Shown here piece by piece: positions 17,755-25,501 of a stretch of DNA of 36,570 nucleotides (position 1 is the first letter of the stretch; each line of letters starts with the position of its first letter). The stretch is from a virus. Taxonomy: Duplodnaviria; Caudoviricetes. The notes below the pieces were generated by a model. That model ran no database searches and had not been told where the DNA came from. It was given only the letters and a program-made list of their open reading frames with translations. The translations under genes and the position numbers were made by a program. The DNA is taken from positions 1 to 36,570 of the IMG/VR virus record IMGVR_UViG_3300011339_000250. One strand, written 5' to 3'.

Positions 17755-17915
17755 GCCCATCTCCCCGCTGCCTGCTCACGCAGCTTCTCTTTGGGTTGTG
17801 GCTGTGCCACCAGCCAGCGTGCGCCCAGATGGCGTACAGATTTCACCCACTGCCGTTGCAGATGGCGGCTTTGGGGGTAGAGCGTTCTGACCTTGATCAG
17901 TAATGTCGTGTTCAT
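17751..17915 (-). CDS. Small basic hypothetical protein, first gene of the accessory operon
   Basis: AGGAGA SD, ATG at 17915, promoter just upstream. Confidence 0.65.
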   Translation of the reverse strand: MNTTLLIKVRTLYPQSRHLQRQWVKSVRHLGARWLVAQPQPKEKLREQAAGRWA

Positions 17916-17934
17916 CGGTTTCTCCTGTATGGGG

Positions 17935-17969
17935 AGTTGCACTTTAGCGCAAATTCAGGATTGTGTAAA
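17935..17969 (-). promoter_or_regulatory. Sigma70-like promoter TTTACA-N17-TAAAGT
   Basis: -35 at 17964-17969 and -10 at 17941-17946; motif shared with 24671-24706. Confidence 0.7.
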
Positions 17970-18091
17970 TTATTTTAAAAATTTTTTTCGGATGAAGGGT
18001 GGTAGATAGATGTCGGACGCAGCAGCAGCCGCCCCCGCCTCGGCGGCCCAAGGGGGGGTCGCAGCCAGCCGGTCCGGGGCAGGTGCCGCAC

Positions 18092-18180
18092 CTGTCCACA
18101 GGGATTTGTCAACAGTTATCCACAACATCCTGTGGATAACTCATAACTTACATATAACGTATCCATCAATCTGTGGATAA
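18092..18180. promoter_or_regulatory. DnaA-box cluster
   Basis: Perfect TTATCCACA at 18116-18124 (+), 18131-18139 (-) and 18172-18180 (-); 7/9 matches at 18092-18100 and 18106-18114. Confidence 0.8.
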
Positions 18181-18222
18181 GTCAAAGACAACTTTACATA
18201 ATGGACGTTGTACGAAGTAGCG

Positions 18223-18723
18223 TCAGTCGTTGGTATGCGTAATGCTGCGTTTGCGCAGCGCATCGAGCGCCATGCTGCCAAGGTCAATGTTGACCAGCGG
18301 CTGCTGCTTGTCACCGTACTCGTCAGGTGCCATCTTGCTGGCCAGCCAGCGCCTGGTATCGACGCGCAGCTTGGCGACCTGCGCCTCTTGCGGGGTCGCG
18401 CTGTCGGCGATCTCCAGCGTCTCCTCGGCTAAACTCTGGCCACCCCGTGCACGCGCACGCGCGAGAGCGGCAGCCCGTGCCTCGCCCCCTCTGTCCACCC
18501 AATCGTAAAAAGCGGTGTGACTTATCCCCAGCGCCCGAGCCACACCCAACACCGTTTCCCCTTGGGACAGCCTGTCAACGATGGCCAACTCGCCACCAAA
18601 TGCGTGGATCTTTTTGTTGACCTGCGATGTCTCGGCCTTGGTCAGGCTGGCCTTCTCCTTCAGGTCCATCTGCCTGGCTGTGATGTTGTCGGCCAATTCA
18701 GACAGGTTGTTTGCTTTCGCCAT
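18223..18723 (-). CDS. terS: Terminase small subunit (Sf6 gp1-like)
   Basis: HTH then ARAR..LAEETLEIAD..AKLRVDTRRWLASKMAPDEYGDK motif. Confidence 0.85.
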   Translation of the reverse strand: MAKANNLSELADNITARQMDLKEKASLTKAETSQVNKKIHAFGGELAIVDRLSQGETVLGVARALGISHTAFYDWVDRGGEARAAALARARARGGQSLAEETLEIADSATPQEAQVAKLRVDTRRWLASKMAPDEYGDKQQPLVNIDLGSMALDALRKRSITHTND

Positions 18724-19075
18724 TCAAATACCCCTTGATGATTTCAAAGCCTTCAGCGGCTGATCTGGCCACCGTGCAAAGGTAGCCCCTGTTGTTTAAT
18801 TGCAACTGCAAAGCCTTCTGCTCCTTGCTCTGCTGCCCTGTGGCTGTCTTCATCTCCACAAACAGCCCATGGAACCCTCCAGCAGCCTCCAGAACGCACA
18901 GATCAGGCATTCCAGCCAGTACCCCCTCCTGATGCAGCCTAACGCGCTCTGAGGCCGTTCTATCGCCTCCATTAGGCACAGCCGCGATGATCACATCAGG
19001 GTAGAACGCTCGGACCCTCTGCACCAGCTTGACCTGTTCAGTGTGTTCGATGCTCTTTCTCAGTTTTGCCACCAT
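18698..19075 (-). CDS. VRR-NUC domain nuclease
   Basis: EHTEQ..AVPNGG..GVLAGMPDL..LFVEMKT..GQQSKEQ, a PD-(D/E)xK motif. Confidence 0.88.
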   Translation of the reverse strand: MVAKLRKSIEHTEQVKLVQRVRAFYPDVIIAAVPNGGDRTASERVRLHQEGVLAGMPDLCVLEAAGGFHGLFVEMKTATGQQSKEQKALQLQLNNRGYLCTVARSAAEGFEIIKGYLNGESKQPV

Positions 19076-19380
19076 GCATCGGATTCTACCGACGATGGCT
19101 TCTCACTTGCCTTGCAATACAAATGGCAGCGATGCTTGAGATCCATGGGCATGGTGGCCATGCCAGTTGCCTGGCACTGCCATTCGCGCCATGTGACTGT
19201 CGCCCAGCCGTTCCTGACCTTGGCGTTGCTGAACATCCATTGAAGCTGCACTGCATTCACCTTGCGGTGTTTTTCCATCTGCTCGGCTGGCATTGACCTC
19301 TTGCAATCCACCAGTTTTGCGTTGTCGCACTGACCACACAAAACACGGTCGTCATCGATCCAGTTTGCTGTCTCAATCAT
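19060..19380 (-). CDS. Cys-rich hypothetical protein
   Basis: ATG at 19380; DDRVLCGQC...C...HRCHLYC. Confidence 0.65.
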   Translation of the reverse strand: MIETANWIDDDRVLCGQCDNAKLVDCKRSMPAEQMEKHRKVNAVQLQWMFSNAKVRNGWATVTWREWQCQATGMATMPMDLKHRCHLYCKASEKPSSVESDAWWQN

Positions 19381-19434
19381 GCTCAAGACCCCACCATAAA
19401 AAGTAATACTGTAATACTTGCCCAAAACACCCAA

Positions 19435-19621
19435 AAAGTCGACCGGACCCCTTCAAGGATTTGGTCCGGTCGTCCGGTCGATTTTTGAACGGATTTTTCC
19501 CACCATGCGTGGGGATGGAATGTGCACTGAAGTGCACATTTCCATCCACCCAACTCCTGGCCTTTGGCTGACCGGACCGACCGGACGGTCCGGTCGAGGT
19601 CCGGTCGGTCCGGTCGACTTT
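19435..19621. repeat. Symmetric iteron/inverted-repeat element, putative replication origin
   Basis: 15-bp perfect terminal inverted repeats, 8 copies of GACCGGAC/GTCCGGTC, central hairpin at 19513-19547. Confidence 0.75.
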
Positions 19622-19635
19622 GATTGCATCCGAAT

Positions 19636-21807
19636 TCATCCCAACTGAACCCAGCAATTGTTTCCTGCATCCGGCGCAAACCTGGTGAAGATGGCACCAC
19701 CAACAGCACGTCTGATCTCGCCCTTATCGGCACCTGGAACATGTTGATACACGTCATCCCACTGCAACTGATAGCACCCTTGCAGCTCTGCTGGCGGTGT
19801 TTTTGGAACGTGGCTGCCCTTACGGATGATCACGCCCTCAGGATGGCGATTGATAACAGACTGGATGAATGCGCATACCTGGTCAGACTTATCCTGAATT
19901 TTTTGCTGCTGCTTGTCTTCGGCCTTGCTGGCTTGGAGTTGCTTGCGATCCGCCTCACTGGACGACTGTGGTGCCACGATCACGCAGTTGACCTCCTGCA
20001 TGCTGCCATGGCGGTTCATGACTGCCTCATGGTGGATGTGGCTGACCAGCATGATTTCCCTGAAAACTGGCTCATACCGGGTTTTGACCAGTCGCAGATA
20101 GCGGTTCTTTTCCTCATCCATGAACAGCACAGCTGTCAGGGTTGCATCACCTGTGTAGGCCGATGCACCTCGGGCCATGGCGCTGTCATCGGTGTTGGCC
20201 ATGGTCTTGGCCGTGTGCGTGATGATGGTGATCGAGGTGTTGAGCTGCGTGTAAATGGTTTGCTTGAGCGCAGCCATGAATGCGCCGACCTGGCTGTTGT
20301 CGTTCTCGTTTTCGATGTCCAAGGTGGCGTTGGCCGTGTCGATGATCAGCCATGGCCGTTCATCGTTAATGGTGTGCTCGATAACTAGGTGGGCCAGCTC
20401 TAGCACCTGATCGGCTGTCGACCGGATGGATTCGACCAAGACGAAATACTCTTGCAGTTCTTGCCTGTTCAGATGCATGTGCTTGGCGTAAGCGTACAGA
20501 GACCGTTTGACCTGCGCTGTGTCTTCTGACACATAGATGATTTTTCTTCGGGCCTCGGCCTTCAGACCTGCATCACCGATGGGGAAACCAGCGGCAATAA
20601 GGGCAATGGAAAGCATGGCCGTGGTCTTACCAACACCTGGCTGGCCAGCAATGACCGAAAAACTGTGGGCAAAGAAACCATCAATCAGGTAATCAATCGG
20701 CTCCAACTCCTCCAGTTGCAGCGGCACTGCCTGCCAGCGGCTGTTTTTTTGTGCTGGTGGCTCATCCTGTGAGCCTGTCGCAACAGATACTGGATTTAAT
20801 ATATTCTGAAAGTCATCCACAGCAGAACGGCGCTCTGATGACTTGGTGGGTTGCTCCCATCCAGCCTGCTTTGCTGTGTGGAATAGGGTGCCAATGCCAA
20901 CACCTTCCTTTTTGCCAAAAGATTTCCAATGGGCTTGCAGGTCAACGGCGCTGGTTTCTTTGGCGCGGCCCAGTGACCAAGCCATCCAGTCTTGCTTGGC
21001 TCGGTCGCCAAACTCTTTGTGTAGGGCAAAGCCCATGTTTAGCCAGGTGTCATAGTCAGCATCGGGGTTGATGTATTGCAGCGCATCCATGGCTTTGTCA
21101 TAGTCGCTGGGCGAGGATTGATGGCGGTTCAGCAGTGGGCTGAAGTCAAACCCCTCTGATGGCTTTTTGACTTCTGGCGCTGGCTGCGTCACTTGGATGC
21201 CAGCCGATTCAAAAAACTCTTTGACGGTGCAGCCAAGTTCAATCAATGCGCCCTTGAGCGAGTCGCCCGTAAACATCACGTTTTTGCCTGCGCTCTTTGG
21301 GTGGCCAAAGATTTCGACCTCTTGGTGGTTGCCAAGGTTGATCTGCGGCGGCAGGGTTTCATCAGGCTTGGCCAAAAAGATGATGTGGCCACCCTTCTTG
21401 CTGTGGCTGCGCTCAGTCAACAGTCCGCGCTCTTTAGCCAGGTCCATCAACTTGACCATGCGGATGTCGCGTGGCGCTGTCGACCTCTTGGTGTCAAGGT
21501 CGAGAATGGTCAGCACCAGTTCGCCAAATGGGTCATAGGTCATGCGGTTCTGCATGAAGATGCCCCACAAGGCTGAGTTGGGCGGATCTGTCAGGGTGCG
21601 CAACTCGTCGCCATTGACAAGGTGTGCGTGGTCGATGTCAGCACCAACACCAGCGCCAGCCTTTGAGACTGGCAGCTTGGCAAAGGTGCCATCGGCTTTG
21701 GGCTTGATCCTGAACCCACAGAACAGGGCATCAGGGCAAATGTCGGCGATGGCCATGGCCACAGCGTGGGAAGGGTTGGCCGATGTGGCCGGAAATTCTT
21801 GTGACAT
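19636..21807 (-). CDS. Primase-helicase fusion (Prim-Pol-like N-terminus, PriCT-2, AAA_25 ATPase)
   Basis: LDLD..S..GGH primase motifs; YDTWLNMGFALH..W (PriCT-2); GQPGVGKTT Walker A; IIDT Walker B; RGASA. Confidence 0.88.
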   Translation of the reverse strand: MSQEFPATSANPSHAVAMAIADICPDALFCGFRIKPKADGTFAKLPVSKAGAGVGADIDHAHLVNGDELRTLTDPPNSALWGIFMQNRMTYDPFGELVLTILDLDTKRSTAPRDIRMVKLMDLAKERGLLTERSHSKKGGHIIFLAKPDETLPPQINLGNHQEVEIFGHPKSAGKNVMFTGDSLKGALIELGCTVKEFFESAGIQVTQPAPEVKKPSEGFDFSPLLNRHQSSPSDYDKAMDALQYINPDADYDTWLNMGFALHKEFGDRAKQDWMAWSLGRAKETSAVDLQAHWKSFGKKEGVGIGTLFHTAKQAGWEQPTKSSERRSAVDDFQNILNPVSVATGSQDEPPAQKNSRWQAVPLQLEELEPIDYLIDGFFAHSFSVIAGQPGVGKTTAMLSIALIAAGFPIGDAGLKAEARRKIIYVSEDTAQVKRSLYAYAKHMHLNRQELQEYFVLVESIRSTADQVLELAHLVIEHTINDERPWLIIDTANATLDIENENDNSQVGAFMAALKQTIYTQLNTSITIITHTAKTMANTDDSAMARGASAYTGDATLTAVLFMDEEKNRYLRLVKTRYEPVFREIMLVSHIHHEAVMNRHGSMQEVNCVIVAPQSSSEADRKQLQASKAEDKQQQKIQDKSDQVCAFIQSVINRHPEGVIIRKGSHVPKTPPAELQGCYQLQWDDVYQHVPGADKGEIRRAVGGAIFTRFAPDAGNNCWVQLG

Positions 21808-21840
21808 CGACGAATCTTTCGATTAATGAATCATGAAAAA

Positions 21841-21896
21841 GCGCATCGGCAGGCAGTGATTCAAGCTGCTTTTCGGGAGCTACCCTAGCCGTGGCC
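21841..21896 (-). ncRNA. Putative C4-like structured RNA #2 (three-way junction) upstream of the primase
   Basis: CGGC/GCCG closing stem, hairpins GGG-UAGCU-CCC and GCAG-CUUGAAUCA-CUGC; loop complementary to UGAUUCA at 21827-21833. Confidence 0.65.
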
Positions 21897-21916
21897 TGAC
21901 CTACTATATCCGCTGT

Positions 21917-22141
21917 TCAAGAATACTCATCTGGCACTGGCATCAGACTGATATTCAGCGTCTGTGCTGCCGACTGGTAAACAGACACATACGTGGTGTG
22001 TCCGTTTTTGCATAACCAATAATATTTATGCTGGCTGTGTTGCTGCATATGTGAACACCCACACACCGGGCAGTTAAACGAAAACGTGTCGCCATGCTTT
22101 GGCGTAATGTGATGAACGGTCTTCATGATGTTCGGGTCCAT
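21917..22141 (-). CDS. Small zinc-ribbon protein
   Basis: CPVCGC...C..GH; AT-richer than its neighbours; lies between the two RNA elements. Confidence 0.55.
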   Translation of the reverse strand: MDPNIMKTVHHITPKHGDTFSFNCPVCGCSHMQQHSQHKYYWLCKNGHTTYVSVYQSAAQTLNISLMPVPDEYS

Positions 22142-22147
22142 AAAAAA

Positions 22148-22220
22148 CCCAGGTCAACCCTCCTCTGGCGTGAGCCAGTTGGCAGACACGATGCAACTCG
22201 TGCAGAAGGGTTGGCCTGGG
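22148..22220 (-). ncRNA. C4-type antisense RNA #1
   Basis: 17-bp outer stem (one mismatch, one G-U), hairpin GCACGA-GUUGCA-UCGUGU, linker CUGCCAA, hairpin CUGGC-UCAC-GCCAG; matches the P1/P7 C4 architecture. Confidence 0.75.
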
Positions 22221-22223
22221 CCT

Positions 22224-22250
22224 GTTGCATAAAAATCGCTGCCAAGCGAT
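22224..22250 (-). promoter_or_regulatory. a1/b1-type target sites of C4 RNA #1
   Basis: UUGGCAG (22239-22245, inside hairpin AUCGCU-UGGC-AGCGAU) and AUGCAAC (22224-22230) are exact complements of the RNA linker and loop. Confidence 0.7.
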
Positions 22251-22310
22251 GCATCAACTGTAGCACAGCGTTAAAATTGACACTGGAAACTCCTTGTAAG
22301 TTGGACTCTC

Positions 22311-22348
22311 ACCCCGGCATGATTCGCGTCATGCCGGGGTTTTCTTTT
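22311..22348 (+). terminator. Intrinsic terminator-like hairpin with the U-tract on the + strand
   Basis: ACCCCGGCATGA-TTCGCG-TCATGCCGGGGT-TTTCTTTT. Confidence 0.7.
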
Positions 22349-22363
22349 GTGGGAATGGGGATT

Positions 22364-23389
22364 CTAGTCTTGGGACTTTTTGGCCTTGTCCTTAGCCAGA
22401 CTCGCAGCCGCATGCTTGACCCCGATCAGGTCTTCGGACACCTCGATCTTGAGGTCGGCAATCGCTGCCGGTGACTTCAGGCTGAATGCCTTGGGGTGGT
22501 CCTTCAAGGCGGCTGCGGCCAGTTCCTCTGACTTCCAAAAACGGGTCTTGCGGCCAGGCTTGAGATTCCATCCACTGATTGTTTCACCGTCTGTTAATTG
22601 CTTCTTGGCGGCAGTGATGACAGCCTCTGACCACTCGGCAGCCAGGTGCGCGAGGTCCAGCATGTCGGGGGTGATCTTGGTGTTGGTGGCGAAATCCTTG
22701 CGTGCGTTGTCTTGGACCTTCTGGCGCATGGATGGGCAGATGGTTTTGGCCTTGCAGTACTTGCAGGCATCGGGGCTGGGATTGGTAGGCGCGTCTGGAG
22801 ACAGGGCCAAGTTGGCCGCATGCACCAATGCGTGGCCATGGTTGACCAGGTCCACACCCTTAACGGTCCACTTGGAGTGGCCTGCACGGGGCTGGAAGAT
22901 GTGCATGGTGCAGGTGATGTCGACGGGCGCGTTGAACTGCCGCATGACGCCCAGGGCATAGGTCATGAGCTGCTTGTTGTTCTCGGCCTCGACCAGCACA
23001 CGGCCAGTCTTGAGGTCGATCACATGGAGGTGGTTGCCATCCACCAGCACAGCGTCAGCAGTGCCGCCAAGGGCTTGGTGCAGCGACTTTAGGCCAGCGT
23101 CCACGTTGACCTCGATCATGCGCTTGCGTGGGTTCTCGACCAGCGTGTTGACGAATGCTGCGTACTCCTGCGCCATGGCGATGTGGTCAGGGTTCAGGTC
23201 AGGGCTGTCGAGCTCCTCACCTCTCAGCAGCTTCTCGGACAACTCATGGATGTGGGTGCCAATGGCTGCCGCCTCGCCGGGTGGCTCGTAAGGCATTTGA
23301 TTCTCTAACCTGACCGACCCAGGGCATGTCATGAATCGTTCAGCTCGGGATGCTGACAGGCGTGCGTGTTTGCGTGCGGTGTGTTGCAT
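22364..23389 (-). CDS. DUF2800 / Cas4-like PD-(D/E)xK exonuclease
   Basis: HARLSAS..CPGS, GTHIH, GTADAV..VIDLKTG, QLMTYALG, CKYC..C motifs. Confidence 0.88.
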   Translation of the reverse strand: MQHTARKHARLSASRAERFMTCPGSVRLENQMPYEPPGEAAAIGTHIHELSEKLLRGEELDSPDLNPDHIAMAQEYAAFVNTLVENPRKRMIEVNVDAGLKSLHQALGGTADAVLVDGNHLHVIDLKTGRVLVEAENNKQLMTYALGVMRQFNAPVDITCTMHIFQPRAGHSKWTVKGVDLVNHGHALVHAANLALSPDAPTNPSPDACKYCKAKTICPSMRQKVQDNARKDFATNTKITPDMLDLAHLAAEWSEAVITAAKKQLTDGETISGWNLKPGRKTRFWKSEELAAAALKDHPKAFSLKSPAAIADLKIEVSEDLIGVKHAAASLAKDKAKKSQD

Positions 23390-23397
23390 GGTGGTCC

Positions 23398-24615
23398 TTA
23401 GATGATCTGGTTGATGATGTTTTGCTTGGCCAGTATCTTGGCCAGCACGGTGTGGTCGAGCGATGCCCTGATGGTCAGGATGTAGATCAGCGGCTTGACG
23501 CTGCTCTTGGCGATGTTCTCCACCCGGCTAGACGCCTGCTCCAGCGCAGATGTGGACCATGTGCATTCAACAAAGACAATGGTGTCGGCAGCAGACAGGT
23601 CCACACCTTCAGACATGGCCGCGATGTTGCCAACGATGCAGTTGGCTTTGCCAGCTTGGAAGGCTTCGATGGCCTTGTCACGCTGTGCGCGTGGCGTGTC
23701 GCCCACCACGGTGACGGGCTTGTGGGCCTTGAGGGCTGTGCACAGTTCGGCCACCACATCCTTGTGGTGAGCAAAGACCACTACAGGCTCACCAGCGTTC
23801 AGCAGGTCGTCGATGAACTCGGCAGCGGGTGCGACTTTGCGCAGCCCGGCTTCCTTCATGATCTCGGCCAAGCCTTCAAACGCCAGCAGGGCATTGGGGT
23901 TGGCCACCAGGGCATCGGCATCAAACTCTTGCTCACGCTTGTCGTTGGGCAGATCAAACGTGATCAGCGACACCTGCGGTGCTTGGTAGTCCTTGAAGAC
24001 ATCCTCCTTCTTGCGGCGCATCACGTGGGGCTTCATCAGCGCCTTGAGCTCGGGGATATTGCTGGCACCACTGGAATCCAACCCCCACGGAGCTGCCCAA
24101 AGTTTGGCGTACCTGGCGGCAAAGTCGTACCAGCCGCCACGGTAGATGTTCAGGCCGTGCAGGATGGGCCACAGTTCAATCGGCCTGTTGGGGATGGGTG
24201 TGCCGCTGAGGGCATACACACGCTCAATCTGTTTCATCAGGTGCATGGCCGACTTGGTGCGTGCAGCTTTGGGGTTCTTGATGCGATGGCACTCGTCGAG
24301 CACCAGCGTCTGAAAGCCTGCATTGTTGAAGTATTGCAGCAGGTCATAGTTGATGATGACCACTTGGTGCTGGGTGGTCTTCATGGCGTCATTCTTGCCA
24401 TTGACCACCCGCACATCCTCACAGCCCAGACGCTGGAATGCAGCCTCCCACACGGTCTTGGCGATGGCCGGACAGGCGATCAGGGCGGGGAGATGTTCGA
24501 GGGCTGCGGCTGCTGTGGGCAGCGTCTTGCCGACTCGCGGCTGGTCGGCCAAGATGGCCCTCTGTTTGTCCAGCAGGAACTGCTTGGACTGCTCTTGGTG
24601 CGGGTATAGCTGCAT
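23398..24615 (-). CDS. SNF2-family DNA helicase
   Basis: LYPHQ Q-motif, DQPRVGKT, LDECH, LSGTPIPN, EGVDL, EQASSR. Confidence 0.92.
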   Translation of the reverse strand: MQLYPHQEQSKQFLLDKQRAILADQPRVGKTLPTAAAALEHLPALIACPAIAKTVWEAAFQRLGCEDVRVVNGKNDAMKTTQHQVVIINYDLLQYFNNAGFQTLVLDECHRIKNPKAARTKSAMHLMKQIERVYALSGTPIPNRPIELWPILHGLNIYRGGWYDFAARYAKLWAAPWGLDSSGASNIPELKALMKPHVMRRKKEDVFKDYQAPQVSLITFDLPNDKREQEFDADALVANPNALLAFEGLAEIMKEAGLRKVAPAAEFIDDLLNAGEPVVVFAHHKDVVAELCTALKAHKPVTVVGDTPRAQRDKAIEAFQAGKANCIVGNIAAMSEGVDLSAADTIVFVECTWSTSALEQASSRVENIAKSSVKPLIYILTIRASLDHTVLAKILAKQNIINQII

Positions 24616-24649
24616 CGTTTTCCTCGGTTCAGCGGTTGAAATGAACCCA

Positions 24650-24706
24650 CATTGTGCGCTGTAAAAATCTTTTACACAAGCACTTTGTTTGTGTTAAAGT
24701 GCAACT
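24650..24706. promoter_or_regulatory. Divergent promoters with a palindromic operator
   Basis: + strand TTTACA(24671)-N18-TAAAGT(24695); - strand TTGTGT-N17-CACAAT; perfect palindrome TGTAAAA-ATC-TTTTACA at 24660-24676. Confidence 0.65.
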
Positions 24707-24756
24707 GCTCTGTCGCTTTGACAGGGCTGTAAACGATCAAACCAAAGGAAACGATC

Positions 24757-25329
24757 ATGACTACACGTGTGACAACTGGCGAGGTTCGCACCTCTTATTT
24801 CTCGGCCTTGCAGGCTCGTAAAAATGAGCTGAATGGCAAAGACGAATTCAGCACCCAGATTCTGATTCCCAAGACCGACACGGCCACGCTGACTGCTCTG
24901 AAGGCTGCGGCCAAGGAGGCATTGACTGCCAAGTTTGGCGACAAGATCCCCAAGAACGTGCGCAACCCGCTGCGTGATGGCGACACCGAAACCAAGAACG
25001 ATGGAAGCCCATTGGGCAAGGAATATCACGGCCACTTCTTCTGCAACGTCAAGAGCACCAGCAAGCCTGGCGCGATTGACACGCATGGCAATGACCTGAT
25101 TGGGTCTGATGACATCGTGAGTGGCGACTACATCCGCGCCAGCCTCAATGCCTATGCCTATTCACAGGCAGGCAATAACGGCGTGTCGTTTGGCCTGAAT
25201 AACCTCTTGCTGGTGCGCAAGGGTGAGCCACTGGGCGGCGCCAAGCCAAGTGCTGCGGCTGACTTTGGCATCACCCGTGGGTCAGCACCTGCTGCTGCGC
25301 CTGCTGATGTGGCTGGCGATGACTGGTAA
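24757..25329 (+). CDS. ssDNA-binding protein (DUF2815, APSE-like)
   Basis: LIPKTD, NPLRDGD, SGDYIRAS, GNNGVSFGLNN, GEPLGG, acidic aromatic C-terminus (DDW). Confidence 0.88.
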   Translation: MTTRVTTGEVRTSYFSALQARKNELNGKDEFSTQILIPKTDTATLTALKAAAKEALTAKFGDKIPKNVRNPLRDGDTETKNDGSPLGKEYHGHFFCNVKSTSKPGAIDTHGNDLIGSDDIVSGDYIRASLNAYAYSQAGNNGVSFGLNNLLLVRKGEPLGGAKPSAAADFGITRGSAPAAAPADVAGDDW

Positions 25330-25339
25330 GGAAAACAAC

Positions 25340-25501
25340 ATGAACATCACCTTTGAACCCAACGAACTGCAATTTGTGATGTCGGTGCTGGCCGACCTGC
25401 CGACCAAGAGCAATGTGTGGCCACTGCTGCGCAAGCTGGAGGAGCAGATCAAGGCGCAGACACCAGCAGAGCCTGCCGAGGCTGCCAATGTTGTCCAGTA
25501 A
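25340..25501 (+). CDS. Small hypothetical protein, 53 aa
   Basis: AAGGAA SD, ATG at 25340 (MNITFEPNEL). Confidence 0.65.
   Translation: MNITFEPNELQFVMSVLADLPTKSNVWPLLRKLEEQIKAQTPAEPAEAANVVQ

Noticed and set aside
18522-18530. Additional DnaA-like box TTATCCCCA inside terS
   Set aside because: Single 8/9 match in coding sequence, about 340 bp from the cluster; compatible with chance
19435-19621. Mini-CRISPR array or MITE
   Set aside because: Repeats are 8-mers in mixed orientation with no spacers; no target-site duplication or transposase seen; position favours an origin
21841-22220. tRNA genes
   Set aside because: The folds are three-way junctions with no TTCGA T-loop, D-arm or CCA end
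22364-23389. Cas4-like nuclease as evidence of a CRISPR system
   Set aside because: No repeat-spacer array or other cas genes; DUF2800 is a routine member of this replication cassette
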